DNA of 64,000 bases. Origin: an uncultured Methanoregulaceae archaeon. GTDB taxonomy: Archaea > Halobacteriota > Methanomicrobia > Methanomicrobiales > Methanospirillaceae. The translations under genes were made by a program, and so were the position numbers. Of this stretch, positions 53,299 through 64,000 are shown one piece after another; position 1 is the stretch's first letter; each line of letters starts with the position of its first letter. The notes beneath the pieces were generated by a model. It was given only the letters and a program-made list of their open reading frames with translations, did not search any database and was not told the DNA's origin. The stretch spans positions 288,001 through 352,000 of the forward strand of contig OY970343.1 in assembly GCA_963717525.1 (NCBI GenBank), read 5' to 3'.

Positions 53299-54771
53299 AA
53301 TTTTTTGAGAAGATCCTGATCGCCAACCGGGGCGAGATCGCGATCCGGGTCATGCGTGCCTGCCGGGAACTCGACATCGATACGGTGGCAATCTATTCCG
53401 AGGTGGACAAAAACGCCCTCCATGTGAAATATGCCGACGAGGCCTTCCCGGTGGGAGAGGCGCACCCGTCAAAGAGCTACCTCAACATGGACCGGATTGT
53501 CGACATCGCAAAAATGAGTGGTGCCGAGGCGATCCACCCGGGGTACGGTTTCCTTGCGGAGAACTACCGGTTTGCGAAGCTCTGCGCTGACGAAGGCGTG
53601 ATCTTCATTGGGCCCAAGTCAAAGACCATTCAGGCCATGGGCTCCAAGATAGGGAGCAAGCAGATGATGAAAAAGGCCGGTGTGCCGGTGCTCGCGGGGA
53701 CCGATGACGGTATCCGCGATATCGATACGGCAAAAAAGGTGGCAGCAGAGATCGGCTACCCGGTGATCGTCAAGGCAAGCGCTGGCGGCGGTGGTATCGG
53801 GATGCAGATCGTCACCGATGAGACCGCACTCGAAGAGGCGATCACCGGGAGCATGCGGATAGCACAGTCCGCGTTTGGCGATCCCACCGTCTTTATCGAG
53901 AAATACCTCGTCAAGCCACGGCATATCGAGTTCCAGGTGCTCGCCGATGAGCACGGCCACGCGGTCCACCTCTTTGACCGCGAGTGCTCCATCCAGCGCC
54001 GGCACCAGAAGCTGATCGAGGAGGCCCCCTCGGCGATTATGACTGATCGAGCTCCGGGCGCGCATGTCTGCTGCGGCGCTCAAGGTGGCGGAAGTATCAG
54101 ACTACACAAACGCCGGCTCGGTCGAGTTCCTGTACAGCAACGGGAACTTTTACTTCATGGAGATGAACACCCGGCTGCAGGTCGAGCATACCATCACCGA
54201 GTTCATCACGGGGATCGATCTTGTCAAACAGCAGATCGCCATTGCCGCCGGGGAGTCCCTGCCCTTTGACCAACAGGACATCTCGATCCGGGGCCACGCG
54301 ATAGAGTGCCGGATCAACGCGGAGGATCCGCTCAACAATTTTGCCGCGGACCCGGGCAAGATCCTCCGGTACCGCTCTCCGGGCGGTCCCGGTATCCGGG
54401 TGGACAGCGGCATCCACATGGGGTACATGATCCCGCCCAACTACGATTCGATGATAGCAAAACTCTGCGCATGGGACAGTACCCGGCCCGAGGTTATCAT
54501 GAGGATGCGCCGCGCGATCTCGGAGTACATCATCCTCGGGATCAGGACCACGCTCCCGCTCCATTACGCGATCATGAACAACCAGCAGTTCATCGAGGGC
54601 AACACCCATACCCACTTCCTGCAGGAGGAGCATATCATAAAGACGCTCGAACGGTACAAGACCGATGAGGAGGCACGGATGCAGACGCTTGCCGGTTCGT
54701 TCTCACAAGGCAACAAAGTGGCCGCGATCACGGCCGCGGTGAACGTGTACCTCCAGCAGAAAAAAGGCTGA
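53295..54771 (+). CDS. pycA: Pyruvate carboxylase subunit A / biotin carboxylase (frameshift near 54050)
   Basis: [45 protein letters not shown]. Confidence 0.93.
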
Positions 54772-54837
54772 TACGTGCGTATCTTTCGTATCAGAACCTT
54801 TAAGAGTTTTTACGGTGTTGTAATTATGCACTTTCGT

Positions 54838-54956
54838 GCTGCGGTGGCCTAGCTGGTTAGGGCGCCAGACTCATAGGGTTTACTCCATGCACCACTCTTC
54901 GTGCGTGAGAACTTTGGGATATCTGGAGATCGTGGGATCGTAACCCACCCGCAGCA
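54838..54956 (+). tRNA. tRNA-Met(CAT) with intron
   Basis: GCTGCGG/CCGCAGC acceptor, CCAGA-CTCATA...TCTGG with an insert of about 45 nt. Confidence 0.85.
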
Positions 54957-55150
54957 TCTTTTGTCTTCTTTTGGTGACGGCATTTTCATGTGTGGTCTTC
55001 TTGGTTTTTGTACCGGTTGCTCTCCTTCATGTGATTTGATTATGCATCGGGCGATCCGGGGAATGTGGTGTACACTACATAGCCTTTTCAGGATTACCCT
55101 TATTTCATGCTCCTTTTTGCTCTGTAGAAAACCTTTTTTTAAGAGATATA

Positions 55151-55317
55151 GCCCCCCTTATGCCAGCCCTGCCCCCAAAGGGGACGGGGGCGTGAGTGAT
55201 GCTCTTGTATTACCCGCACAAGAAACATCCCCCTCTTTGCATCTCTGTGTTGCAGGTACTACGGCACTATCGCAACCGGGGGATGCAAGGCGGCGGGGAC
55301 TTTAGTCCCCAGGAGCG
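55151..55317 (-). repeat. Multi-hairpin intergenic element, copy B
   Basis: Reverse strand CGCTCCT-GGGGAC-TAAA-GTCCCC-GCCGC..GCATCCC.CGG..CGAT ... CCCC-TTTG-GGGG; same architecture as copy A. Confidence 0.7.
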
Positions 55318-55482
55318 AAACTTATCAATCTCATTTCAGGATTTCTTCGGAGCTCTCCTTTCTGATGATAATATATCCCCGGAATGTCATTTTGTCGTGG
55401 ATCCTGCGGATTCTTTCCTTCCGTCCGGGGATATATTTATGTGCCGCGTGAGCGCACAGGAATAATCAGAAGAGGTACTCAG

Positions 55483-55983
55483 ATGATTCTCTTGACTGCA
55501 GTTGTCGGACTTATCCAGTTGATCGTCGCGGTCATTCTTGCGGCGGTGGCACTCTATATCGGGTTCTCTGTCTTTGGCAGGATCACCGGGGATATAGACG
55601 AGCAGCAGGAACTTGCAAAAGGGAATGTCGCATTCGGCATTGTCGTTGCTGCAATCTTTGTCGCCATTGCCGTGGTTGTCCAGTCCGGTATCACCGGTAT
55701 TGCGGTCGGCGTCAGCAAGGCTTCGGCAGCCGGGCTGATGTCCGTGGACGGGCTGACGATAATCGGTATCGCGATCATCCAGCTGGTGCTGGGTGTCATC
55801 CTTGCCATCGTAGCAATCTATCTCGCCCTGACCGTCCTTGACAAGCTCGCCACCGGCCTCCACCAATTCGAGGAACTCAAGAAAGGCAACATAGCGGTTG
55901 CACTCGAGATGGCCGGCGTCATCATTGCGGTTGCCCTGATCATCCAGTCCGGTATTGTCGGCATCACGGCAGCGCTGGGCTGA
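55483..55983 (+). CDS. DUF350-family membrane protein
   Basis: Duplicated EL.KGN(V/I)A motif between TM helices. Confidence 0.85.
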   Translation: MILLTAVVGLIQLIVAVILAAVALYIGFSVFGRITGDIDEQQELAKGNVAFGIVVAAIFVAIAVVVQSGITGIAVGVSKASAAGLMSVDGLTIIGIAIIQLVLGVILAIVAIYLALTVLDKLATGLHQFEELKKGNIAVALEMAGVIIAVALIIQSGIVGITAALG

Positions 55984-56118
55984 TCTGCCTCACTTTTTAT
56001 CCGGTAATGTTCCGGTCTCGAGCCGGGCTTCACGTTTTTTCCCATAATCTTTGACGGTAATCCTCTTATCACCGAATGTCCCGGTCGAATACGGGAGGTC
56101 ATGCAGGGAAGAACCAGC

Positions 56119-57345
56119 CTATTTCCCGTGCAGGTTGATCAGCCGGATCAGCTCGGAGAAGCCTTCCAATTCCATCGCAAGCACCTCACGGCGGTTCATG
56201 CCCATGCTCGTCTCGGCATCTGCCGTGAGCTGGTCCGGTCCCCGGACCACTTCACGGTCTGTCCCGTCCCGGCTCAGAATCTTTTGTGCTTCTGCATCGT
56301 AAACGAATGCCCGGCCCGGGATGATGACCGCTGGTTGTAGGTGTGAAGGATCAATCTCTCTGAGATCGTCCTCCGTAATAAGGCAGGCGATCTCCTTTTG
56401 CACCGGGATCACGGGGGCGGTTGCCCCGCGTGCCGATAAAATCTCGCTGATAAAGGGTGCGGCTACGGAGCCGGTGATGACCGACGCTTTGCGCTGGACC
56501 CGGGGGAGTTTTTTCAGGAGCGCCGGTTCGTGCAGGATCGCGAACGGCGATCCGATCTCCGGGTCCCAGAGCGGTGTGCCGGAGATCTTCATTTTGAATG
56601 TACTGTTCAGGTCGCTGACCAGATCCCGGAACGATTCTACGGACTGCACTGTCTGGTCTTTGAGGACCGGCGCGTTTTCGAGGATGAGCCCCTGCTCTGT
56701 GGCATTCGCAAACCGCATGAGGATGAGCCCTTTCGCCCCGCGTTCTTCGAGCCACGCGCAGGTATGTTCGAGCACCTCGCCGTCGTTTACCCCGGGCAGC
56801 ACAACCGCTGCGGCATAGACATCTGCAGCGCCGCAAAGCCGTTCGAGGATAGCAAGCGAAGCGTCGGGAGTCGGGTCATGCATCCACCGCTTCCGCAGGG
56901 CCGGATCTGCGGCAAAGACGGTAAATGAGCACTCGGCAAGGCCGTTATCGATGAGAAGGTCGGCGATCTTTACGTCGTCCCAGCCCTTGCCGCTGGTGTA
57001 CCCGATATGGAGTGGCGCTCCTGTTGCACCAAGCAGCTCGATGAGATCCGTAAACTTCGGGTAGCAGCTGGGGTCACCGCCGCCGCTGATCGTGATCCGG
57101 TCGAGATCCCCGGTCTTTGTCTGGAGGGCGGCGAGGGTCTCCTGTGCGATGGTCCGCAGGTCCTTGAAGCCTGCATATTCCTCACGGACGCCCTTGGTGC
57201 AGTAGTCGCATCCTTTCTTGAAGGGAAGGCAGTACCGGCACCCGAATGCCCGGGAGGTCTTTACACGTTTGAAGTAGCAGTACTCGCAGAACCCCCGGCA
57301 GTCCACCCCTGCCCGTCCTCCGATATCCACCGTGAGCTGAGCCAT
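56119..57345 (-). CDS. mmp10: Methanogenesis marker 10, radical-SAM MCR arginine methyltransferase
   Basis: DIGGRAGVDCRGFCEYCYF, FGCRYC...GCDYC, SGGGDPSCYP, LMRFAN. Confidence 0.93.
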   Translation of the reverse strand: MAQLTVDIGGRAGVDCRGFCEYCYFKRVKTSRAFGCRYCLPFKKGCDYCTKGVREEYAGFKDLRTIAQETLAALQTKTGDLDRITISGGGDPSCYPKFTDLIELLGATGAPLHIGYTSGKGWDDVKIADLLIDNGLAECSFTVFAADPALRKRWMHDPTPDASLAILERLCGAADVYAAAVVLPGVNDGEVLEHTCAWLEERGAKGLILMRFANATEQGLILENAPVLKDQTVQSVESFRDLVSDLNSTFKMKISGTPLWDPEIGSPFAILHEPALLKKLPRVQRKASVITGSVAAPFISEILSARGATAPVIPVQKEIACLITEDDLREIDPSHLQPAVIIPGRAFVYDAEAQKILSRDGTDREVVRGPDQLTADAETSMGMNRREVLAMELEGFSELIRLINLHGK

Positions 57346-57530
57346 TTGCTGGTACATTACTCATCCCGGTGCGTATAATGCATTTGGAATTGCACAGTAA
57401 GGTCGATGTTCGCGTCGTTCATGCGGCAGGTATCCAAAGATTACTTTTGTTTCCCGGGAAAGTTCAACAGACGGGAAAATCCGAAAACCAGCACCACATT
57501 TTTTACCCCTCGCGGTCTATTGTATATGGC

Positions 57531-57603
57531 GCCTCAGTGGCTTAGCTGGCAGAGCGGCTGACTTGTAATCAGCAGGTCCCGTGTTCAAATCACGGCTGGG
57601 GCT
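57531..57603 (+). tRNA. tRNA-Thr(TGT)
   Basis: GCCTCAG/CTGGGGC acceptor, GCTGA-CTTGTAA-TCAGC, TTCAAAT. Confidence 0.93.
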
Positions 57604-58001
57604 TTGTCCGATTTCTATTTGGATCTTATTTTACCTTTTTTCACTGATTGCTCTGGTTTAAACCCCGGGATGGATGATATTTCGATGATCGAAGATAGTG
57701 TTGATGTTGTTGGCAGATTTGGGTCGTTTAAACCCGCTCATCTGATGCGATAAAAAATCCCCCCTCACCATTTTAGAGATTAATGTTCTTTCCCATCAGT
57801 GAGGGAGCATACCTCAAAGGAAACTGACGAGTGAAAAGGGGCATGGCAGAATCTCTTCGCTTTATCGGATACCGGTCAAAAGAGTATCTATAAAGCCAAT
57901 GATGCAAAAAAATCAATTCCAGAATGAATGTCTCCTTTCCAATGACGCATGGGGATGGACAACAGGAGTAGTCAGGAGGATAAAGCATCCCTGCAGACAC
58001 A

Positions 58002-58370
58002 TTGTCCCTGGTATGTGAAGGGCTGACCAAGATCTATGCGGGGAATCCCGTCCCGGCCCTGAACTCCGTCAGCTTCACCCTTCCCACCCGGGGCGTATTC
58101 GTCCTCATCGGGAGGAATGGTTCGGGGAAGACCACACTGGTCCGCATCCTGGCCACCAACCTCGAGGCTACCGCAGGAACCGCCACGCTCAACGGCATTG
58201 ACGTGATGTCGGAACCGGATCAAATCCGGGAGCGGATCGCCATCGTGCCCCAGGAGGCCCGGCCCATCCCCTGGATGACTCCCCTGCAGTCAGTGCTCTC
58301 CTATCTCCCTGGCGGGGGCTTCCTATACCGAAGCGAAGCAAAAGGCCTGCGAGGTGCTGGACCGACTTAA
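58002..58370 (+). pseudogene. Truncated ABC transporter ATP-binding protein
   Basis: GRNGSGKTT Walker A and Q-loop present; signature motif and Walker B absent. Confidence 0.7.
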
Positions 58371-59576
58371 GTTCGGTAAATACTGCAGTCTATTTGAGTG
58401 CTGTACCGTGAGATTGAAGAAAGGTGATGATGATGCCTGAAACATGGCACAAAAGTCTGATCCTGGTGACTCATCAACAATTGCAGACCATCTCCCGTTG
58501 AGTTAAGCTCAGAAAAGATGGGGTGCTCAAGAACGATGCAAGTTATACATGGAAAAATTGCCAACAAGCAGAATTCCTGTAACTGAAGAAATTTGGGAAT
58601 CTCTATCGAGAACTAAGGATAACCGGGCTCAAACGTACTGATCTCTCTCCTGTCGGAACATGATTGCATTACAGACAGGAGCATCGATTTTCTGGCCCAT
58701 CTCGAAGAAGCTCCAACGAAAACCGCTGGGAAGATTTATGACCTTGGATGAGAGTCTGCCAACGAACTCAAAATCGGGAAAAAAACTCTCAGAAGAATAT
58801 CTATGGCGATGATTTTGCCTTTTCAAAATCCATAAGGCGAAGGCCTCTAATATCTGGAGTGCTGCTGCTTGTTTTATAGCTTCGACTAACAGGCAACAAC
58901 GCTCTCCACAAACGAGCGCATCTCCAGGTATCGCCGAAAAATTCAGCGAACAGATCTACGGTTTTCTCCACTATCCCTGTTGGAACGATCCTATCACCTA
59001 CATCCCCCTTCGCCTTCCGCTATCTGGCCTACCTCTCCCCTACCACTGTATGCGGCTGCATGTCAGGGCGATGCGGGTACACTGTCCCTTTCTTTGACCA
59101 CTTCACAACGACTGGACTGTCTTATCGCCGTCACGATAGCGCTTCCGACTGGCCAAGACCAAGGCGATGGTGGAGGTATTTCTAGAATGGTTACGATGGA
59201 AGCGCCATTGAACAAAAAATTGGAATTATTCACAATCACTGTTGGGGCTTTTTTGTTTTCCCGGATGGAAGAATCCTTGCAGGATCTCCGGGCGACAATA
59301 TGGTGTGGCATGCATTTTCCCAATGATCTCCATCTGTCGACTGCGTTTATTCACTCCGGTAACCATGCCTTCTCTGCTGAGCAACAGGCGCTGGCGTCCT
59401 TTTTTCACTTCTCTGCCGAAATCGGATCCAATAGTCCGCAGGTGCTCCCATAATTTCCCGGTAATGGTGCTGGTTTTCCCGCAATTCAAATAATAATATT
59501 TATATGGGGCAAAGGGAAATAATCAGTTTATACAGTGTCATATCCGGCAGCGGATATGGGTATTGGAGTGTTTTGT

Positions 59577-60027
59577 ATGGTATTTACCAGAAAAAATGAA
59601 GAAGCAGTATCACCGGTCATCGGCGTCATCCTGATGGTCGCCATCACCGTGATCCTCGCAGCGGTCATCGCTGCATTCGTGTTCGGCATGGCCGGGAATA
59701 TCCAGAAGACCAAAGTCGTTGCGGCGACGATTGCAAGGCCCAATGCAGTCTTGTGTCATTGTGACCTACCAGGGTGGTCAGGATGCAGGGACCTGGGTGG
59801 TATTACTTCACCGTAGATGGAGCAAATGCTACAATTCAACCGGCGGCACCTGACAGCAACACTATTATCGGATCGGAATCAATAGTATTGATACTGATGC
59901 GGACGCCCGGCTATTTACCTGTCGGGGCAACATACTGTATCTTAAACGCGCCCATAAAAACCACGTAGTGGCGGTTGGGGATTTCACTGATGGAACCACT
60001 CAGGTTATTGTTGATACCACCATCTAA
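59577..60027 (+). CDS. Archaeal type IV pilin (frameshifted)
   Basis: RKNEEAVSPVIGVILMVAITVILAAVIAAFVFG; C-terminal NHVVAVGDFTDGTTQVIVDTTI. Confidence 0.85.
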
Positions 60028-60268
60028 TCTTTTTTTCATCCACATTCGTTTCTGTTTATTGTTACCGATGTACGTTCTCCCCCATGGGGCCACGATCACA
60101 TCTCGTTCTCTCTGCATTATTTTCCGGGAACGCTGACGTGCTATCCCTGTTCTGTGACCGTAACTCTGAGAAAACGCTTAGCCCCGTATGCGGGACGATC
60201 GAAAAGATCTGGTGCATACCTGTCGGTCCTCTGCGAAAGTATTCGCAAAAATTCCCGAATGTTCCGGA

Positions 60269-60657
60269 AAACCCGGCCCGACAGGAAAGCATTTTGCCCG
60301 CCCGGTTCTTTTCAATGAAGAGAAAAAAAGTCCGGGACCGGGCACTACGCAGCCGGGATCGCAAAGGAGCCAGCATGAAAGGAAAACAACCGGAAAATCT
60401 CCGCACCGCATGGATCGACTGCGCACACCGGATGGGATATTTCTGCGCAGAAAACAACGAGACCTCATTGCCCTTTGACGGCCTGATGTACCGCGACGCG
60501 GTCGTGGTGGCCGTGAAACTCAAAAAGGTCCGGTACAGCCCCGGCGAAGATTTCCACCTGGAGAAAAAATTCCCGGGCGAGGTTCGGGCACTCCGTACCC
60601 TCCCTCTCCCTTCCACCGTGGCCCGCGAGCTCTGGCTCCGGACCCAGGACGAGCGGG
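60269..60657 (+). repeat. Direct repeat copy 1 (upstream region plus truncated paralog starting at 60375)
   Basis: Aligns closely with 61741-62126; ORF diverges after ELWLRTQDER. Confidence 0.9.
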
Positions 60658-60895
60658 AGTGTCTTTGGGGTTGCGGGGGGCATCGCACGGGGACAGGGAG
60701 ATAAACCCCGCCACGTATCGCCCGGCTCTGTTTGCCGGGAAAGATACGGGCCGCATGCGAAAGAATTGTAGAGGGAAATCTCAAAAAACCCCTTTGGCCT
60801 AGAGTATTTTTTGGCAGATCGAACGGGGGCGTATGGCAAAATGAAAAAAACACGTCATTCAGAAACCTTGTGAGAACATACGATGTCCGGGATAT

Positions 60896-61162
60896 CTAGT
60901 ATTCAAAATTTTTCTTTTTTCCGACAGTGATAATTTCGATGAGAAGCATATCGTGATAGATATAGAATGTCGCCCGGTATTCCCCGATACGGATTCGGTA
61001 CCGTGGTGCAATCTTCGGGCTATCCCTGACTTTTACCACATCGTGCCGGAGATTCGGGTGTGCGGCAAACTCTTCTAATTTCAGCTCAATGTGGATACGG
61101 TCATTTTGGGGGATCTTTGCAAGGTCTTTCTCCGCCTTTCGTGACACCTTGATCTGATACAC
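60896..61162 (-). CDS. RelE/ParE-family toxin
   Basis: YQIKVSRKAEKDL...YRIRIGEYRATF...ITVGKK. Confidence 0.88.
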   Translation of the reverse strand: MYQIKVSRKAEKDLAKIPQNDRIHIELKLEEFAAHPNLRHDVVKVRDSPKIAPRYRIRIGEYRATFYIYHDMLLIEIITVGKKKNFEY

Positions 61163-61166
61163 AAAA

Positions 61167-61427
61167 TCACGAAGTCCTGGACTCGATCACTTTATCATCT
61201 CCGAGTTCTCTCATAATTTCCCGGAGCGGGCGGACACGACCGGCCTTGATATCAGCGATCCCTTCTTCCATCGCTTCGATCTCTTCCGGCGTCAAGGGCT
61301 CATCATCATACGCAGCTTCAGCTAAACGACGGACCACATCATCGTAGGTCTCACGCGGATTCAGTTTCAGATCGTCAAGGAGCGCCTTGGTATCGGTTCG
61401 CATTCTCACAGAGGTTACCTGGGGCAT
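61167..61427 (-). CDS. Cognate antitoxin (RelB-like)
   Basis: TSVRM..DTKALLDDLK..PRETYDDVVRRL...ADIKAGRV; immediately upstream of the toxin. Confidence 0.85.
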   Translation of the reverse strand: MPQVTSVRMRTDTKALLDDLKLNPRETYDDVVRRLAEAAYDDEPLTPEEIEAMEEGIADIKAGRVRPLREIMRELGDDKVIESRTS

Positions 61428-61740
61428 ATGCTGATGTATATGTGTGTATATGCTGATAAGGATATTCTTTCTGGCTAATGGCGAGGTTAATCTCTGATCT
61501 CCGACAAGGTGAACAGATTCAGAATTCGGCCGGTGTTCCCGGTATGCTTTCCCGGCATTGATCTGTTTCTGGATCCAAGTGGCGATTTTCCTGCCCATCT
61601 GTTTTTTTATTTTAAATCCCTGTGACTTAAGAGGTATTACCTGTTGTCCGGGGCCCCGTGTTTATGGAAAGGCGCGGAGTCCATCCTGCAAGAAAAGAAA
61701 AAAAATTGAACCTGAATACGCCGTACTGAGGGAGCCAGGC

Positions 61741-62126
61741 AAACCCGGCCCTACAGGAAAGCATTTTGCTCGCCCGGTTGTTCTTTAGAGAATACAAAAA
61801 TCCGGGACCGTTACTACGCAACCGGGATCGCAAAGGAACCCGCATGAAAGGAAAACAACCGGAGAATCTCCGTACCTCATGGATCGATTGCGCACACCGG
61901 ATGGGATATTTCTGCGCGGAGAACAACGAGACCTCATTGCCCTTTGACGGCCTGATGTACCGCGACGCGGTCGTGGTGGCCGTGAAACTCAAAAAAGTCC
62001 GGTACAGCCCGGGAGAGGATTTCATCCTAGAGAAAAAATTCCCGGACGAGGTTGCGGCGCTCCGTACCCTCCCTCTCCCTTCCACCGTGGCCCGCGAGAT
62101 CTGGCTCCGTACCCAGAACGAGCGGG
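61741..62126 (+). repeat. Direct repeat copy 2
   Basis: Aligns with 60269-60657. Confidence 0.9.
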
Positions 62127-62302
62127 CGTTCCGTCGGTTCTACGTAATGGGAGACACCACCGCCGAGATCGAGGAACTTACGTGGGAGGGTTACCGGAAC
62201 CCCCATTACAGGGAGGCGTACTGGAAGAAGGCGCCGTACCGGATCAATATCCTGTTCGGAAAGGAGGGGAAGGGAGAGAATGGATCTCCAAAAACCCCGT
62301 AA
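61844..62302 (+). CDS. Hypothetical protein, possible PD-(D/E)xK-like fold
   Basis: RMGYF...LPFDGLMYR..VVVAVKLKK pattern; full-length version of the duplicated gene. Confidence 0.6.
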   Translation: MKGKQPENLRTSWIDCAHRMGYFCAENNETSLPFDGLMYRDAVVVAVKLKKVRYSPGEDFILEKKFPDEVAALRTLPLPSTVAREIWLRTQNERAFRRFYVMGDTTAEIEELTWEGYRNPHYREAYWKKAPYRINILFGKEGKGENGSPKTP

Positions 62303-62746
62303 AATGCCCGGATTGGCAAACGGACGATCCCGTTTTCATGCTGGAGTGGAAATGATGTCCACGCCGATGAAAGATCCTGTTTTATCGGGGTATTTTTGGG
62401 AAAGAAGATATATTCGGGGTTTTTAAACCTGCAATACCGGGCCGTTTTAACGCCCCCTTTTTTGGGAAGGGGCTTTTGGCCATCTGTCCCTGCCGGAGCC
62501 TGCCGGAGGGCTGCTTTGACTGTTGTCCGGATCCCGCTCATCTCCCTGTCTGACAGTCTCCCCGTTCAGGTTTCATTTATCCCGGGAAAGTATTTCCAGA
62601 CAATCCACCCCGTTCACTTTTTCCTTGTCGGTCGTTGAAAAAGAAACCATACCCAGTTCCTCTTCACCATATTCCCGGGATGTTGTTCCCCCCCTTCATA
62701 TATCAGAATACCTTTAATGATACAAAATCGTAAATAATAGTGTTTT

Positions 62747-63933
62747 ATGTCTGATTCAACGGAATCCATGAATTTTGAGTTTAATCTCCGGACGAATGCA
62801 AAATTCGGAGCCGGGAAAGCAACACAACTTTCCCGATTTTTGAAGGAACTGTCACTTTCCCGTCCTGGTGTGATTGTCGATGGCGGGATCGCAGGGCTGC
62901 CCTATACAAAAAAAGTCATTGAAGGGCTGGTGAACGATCCGGATCTTTGCGTAAAAGTCTGGACCTACGATCTCAACCACGAGCCTGACTATGATTCCCT
63001 GGATCGGATCAAACGGCACTTTACCGATGCCGGGAAAAAAGCCCTTGTGGACTGCTTTATCGGGATTGGCGGGGGAAGCGTTATCGATTTTGCCAAGGGG
63101 CTGTCAACGGTTCTGGTGAACCCGGGCAATGCCGTGGAGTATAAGGGATTCCCGACAAGCATCAATCCATCGCTTCCCACCATTGCTCTTCCCACAACTG
63201 CAGGTACCGGCAGCGAGGTAACCTACAATGCCGTGTTTACGGACAATTCGAAAATGAAAAAACTCGGGATAAATACCCGGAACAATTACCCGGTGCTTGC
63301 CGTTCTCGACCCCCTGTTCACGGTGAACAGCCCGCGATCGGTCACGGTCTCATCCGGATGGACGCGCTTGTACATACTCTTGAAAGCTATGCAGCGGTTC
63401 AATCGAATCCCCTGAACCGGATTTTTTCAAGGGAGGCCTTCCGCGTATTATTCAAAAACCTCTCCCTTGTTACCGACCACCCGGAGGATACGGGGATCCG
63501 GGCGCAGTTACAGTATGGGGCCTACCTTGCCGGAATCTCCCTTATCAATTCGGGCTCCGGCCCTTCAGGGGCGCTCTCGTATCCTCTTGGAGTTCATTTC
63601 AAGGTCCCCCACGGCATTGCCGGTGCGGTGTTCCTTCCGCATGTCATCCGGCATAATGTGGAAGCCGGGTATGATTACAGCGAACTCTATAACCTTATCG
63701 AAGGCGCAGATCATACCCTGTCCGGATCGATGAAAAACAAGATCTTTGCAGACAGGATAAATGGACTCTGTAAAAAACTTGAGGTTCCCGGGAACCTGAG
63801 GGTTTTCGGGGTCACAAAAGATACAGTACATCTTCTGGTAGATGAGATCGATTCGCTGGATCGGGCATTTGCCCAGAATCCGGTCCCATTTACTGTTGAA
63901 GACGGGAAAAAATTGGTTTTAAATATGGTCTAA
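62747..63933 (+). CDS. Iron-containing alcohol dehydrogenase family (KdnB-like context; frameshift near 63360)
   Basis: GIGGGSVIDFAK, PTTAGTGSEVT, MDALVHTLES, HG. Confidence 0.88.
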
Positions 63934-63952
63934 GCAAAAAGGGGGAATTTCT

Positions 63953-64000
63953 ATGCCAGGATGGGAACTTATCGGTGAAGAAGAACGGGCCGCAGTGAAC
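63953..64000 (+). CDS. Start of a probable DegT-family aminotransferase (KdnA-like N-terminus), partial
   Basis: MPGWELIGEEERAAVN; only 16 codons visible. Confidence 0.5.
   Translation, partial: MPGWELIGEEERAAVN

Noticed and set aside
12565..54771. Frameshifts in nac, rnp3, leuA/cimA, rtcB, ecfT, pycA, pycB, integrase, dcm and island genes as programmed frameshifting or pseudogenisation
   Set aside because: They are scattered through essential genes, often at homopolymers, and are most simply explained as long-read indel errors.
45084..54771. Archease-rtcB pair and birA-bioY-ECF-pycBA cluster as novel systems
   Set aside because: These are well-established functional linkages.
60269..62126. 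Direct repeats as a DGR template/variable pair
   Set aside because: Mismatches are not adenine-specific, many are synonymous, and no reverse transcriptase is present.
1..64000. CRISPR array or rRNA genes
   Set aside because: No regularly spaced repeat-spacer array, cas genes or rRNA-like sequence were seen.

Overview
This window is archaeal DNA from a methanogen, most likely Methanomicrobiales and Methanoregula-like (mmp10, HdrA-family gene, F420-dependent npdG, and the rpl15e-rnp3-rnp2-psmA-SBDS-rpl37ae-rpoP-pcc1-pfdB cluster). Most of it is housekeeping: pyrBI, nucleotide-sugar genes, secDF, archease/rtcB, a biotin-ECF-pyc cluster and four canonical tRNAs. Many conserved genes are split by single indels, which points to long-read consensus errors, so frameshifts are not treated as pseudogenes. 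Three accessory zones stand out. (1) 1-2.2 kb: a SWIM-domain DDE transposase, an AbrB-type gene and a tandem pair of non-canonical tRNA-like genes. One has a Ser GCT anticodon on a short-variable-arm, Arg-like body; the other has a Pyl-like compact fold with encoded CCA. (2) A ~13.2-kb element integrated at tRNA-Asp (integrase, with a duplicated tRNA 3' end at ~36.65-36.69 kb). It carries a GHKL-ATPase/histidine-kinase fusion, a receiver protein, Vsr, a C5 methylase and an uncharacterised three-gene GHKL-led operon, and is the best candidate for an undescribed defence system. (3) 57.6-62.6 kb: gene relics, a pilin and a RelBE-type TA pair between ~390-bp direct repeats. A dispersed, covarying multi-hairpin element occurs at ~16.7, ~35.9 and ~55.2 kb.
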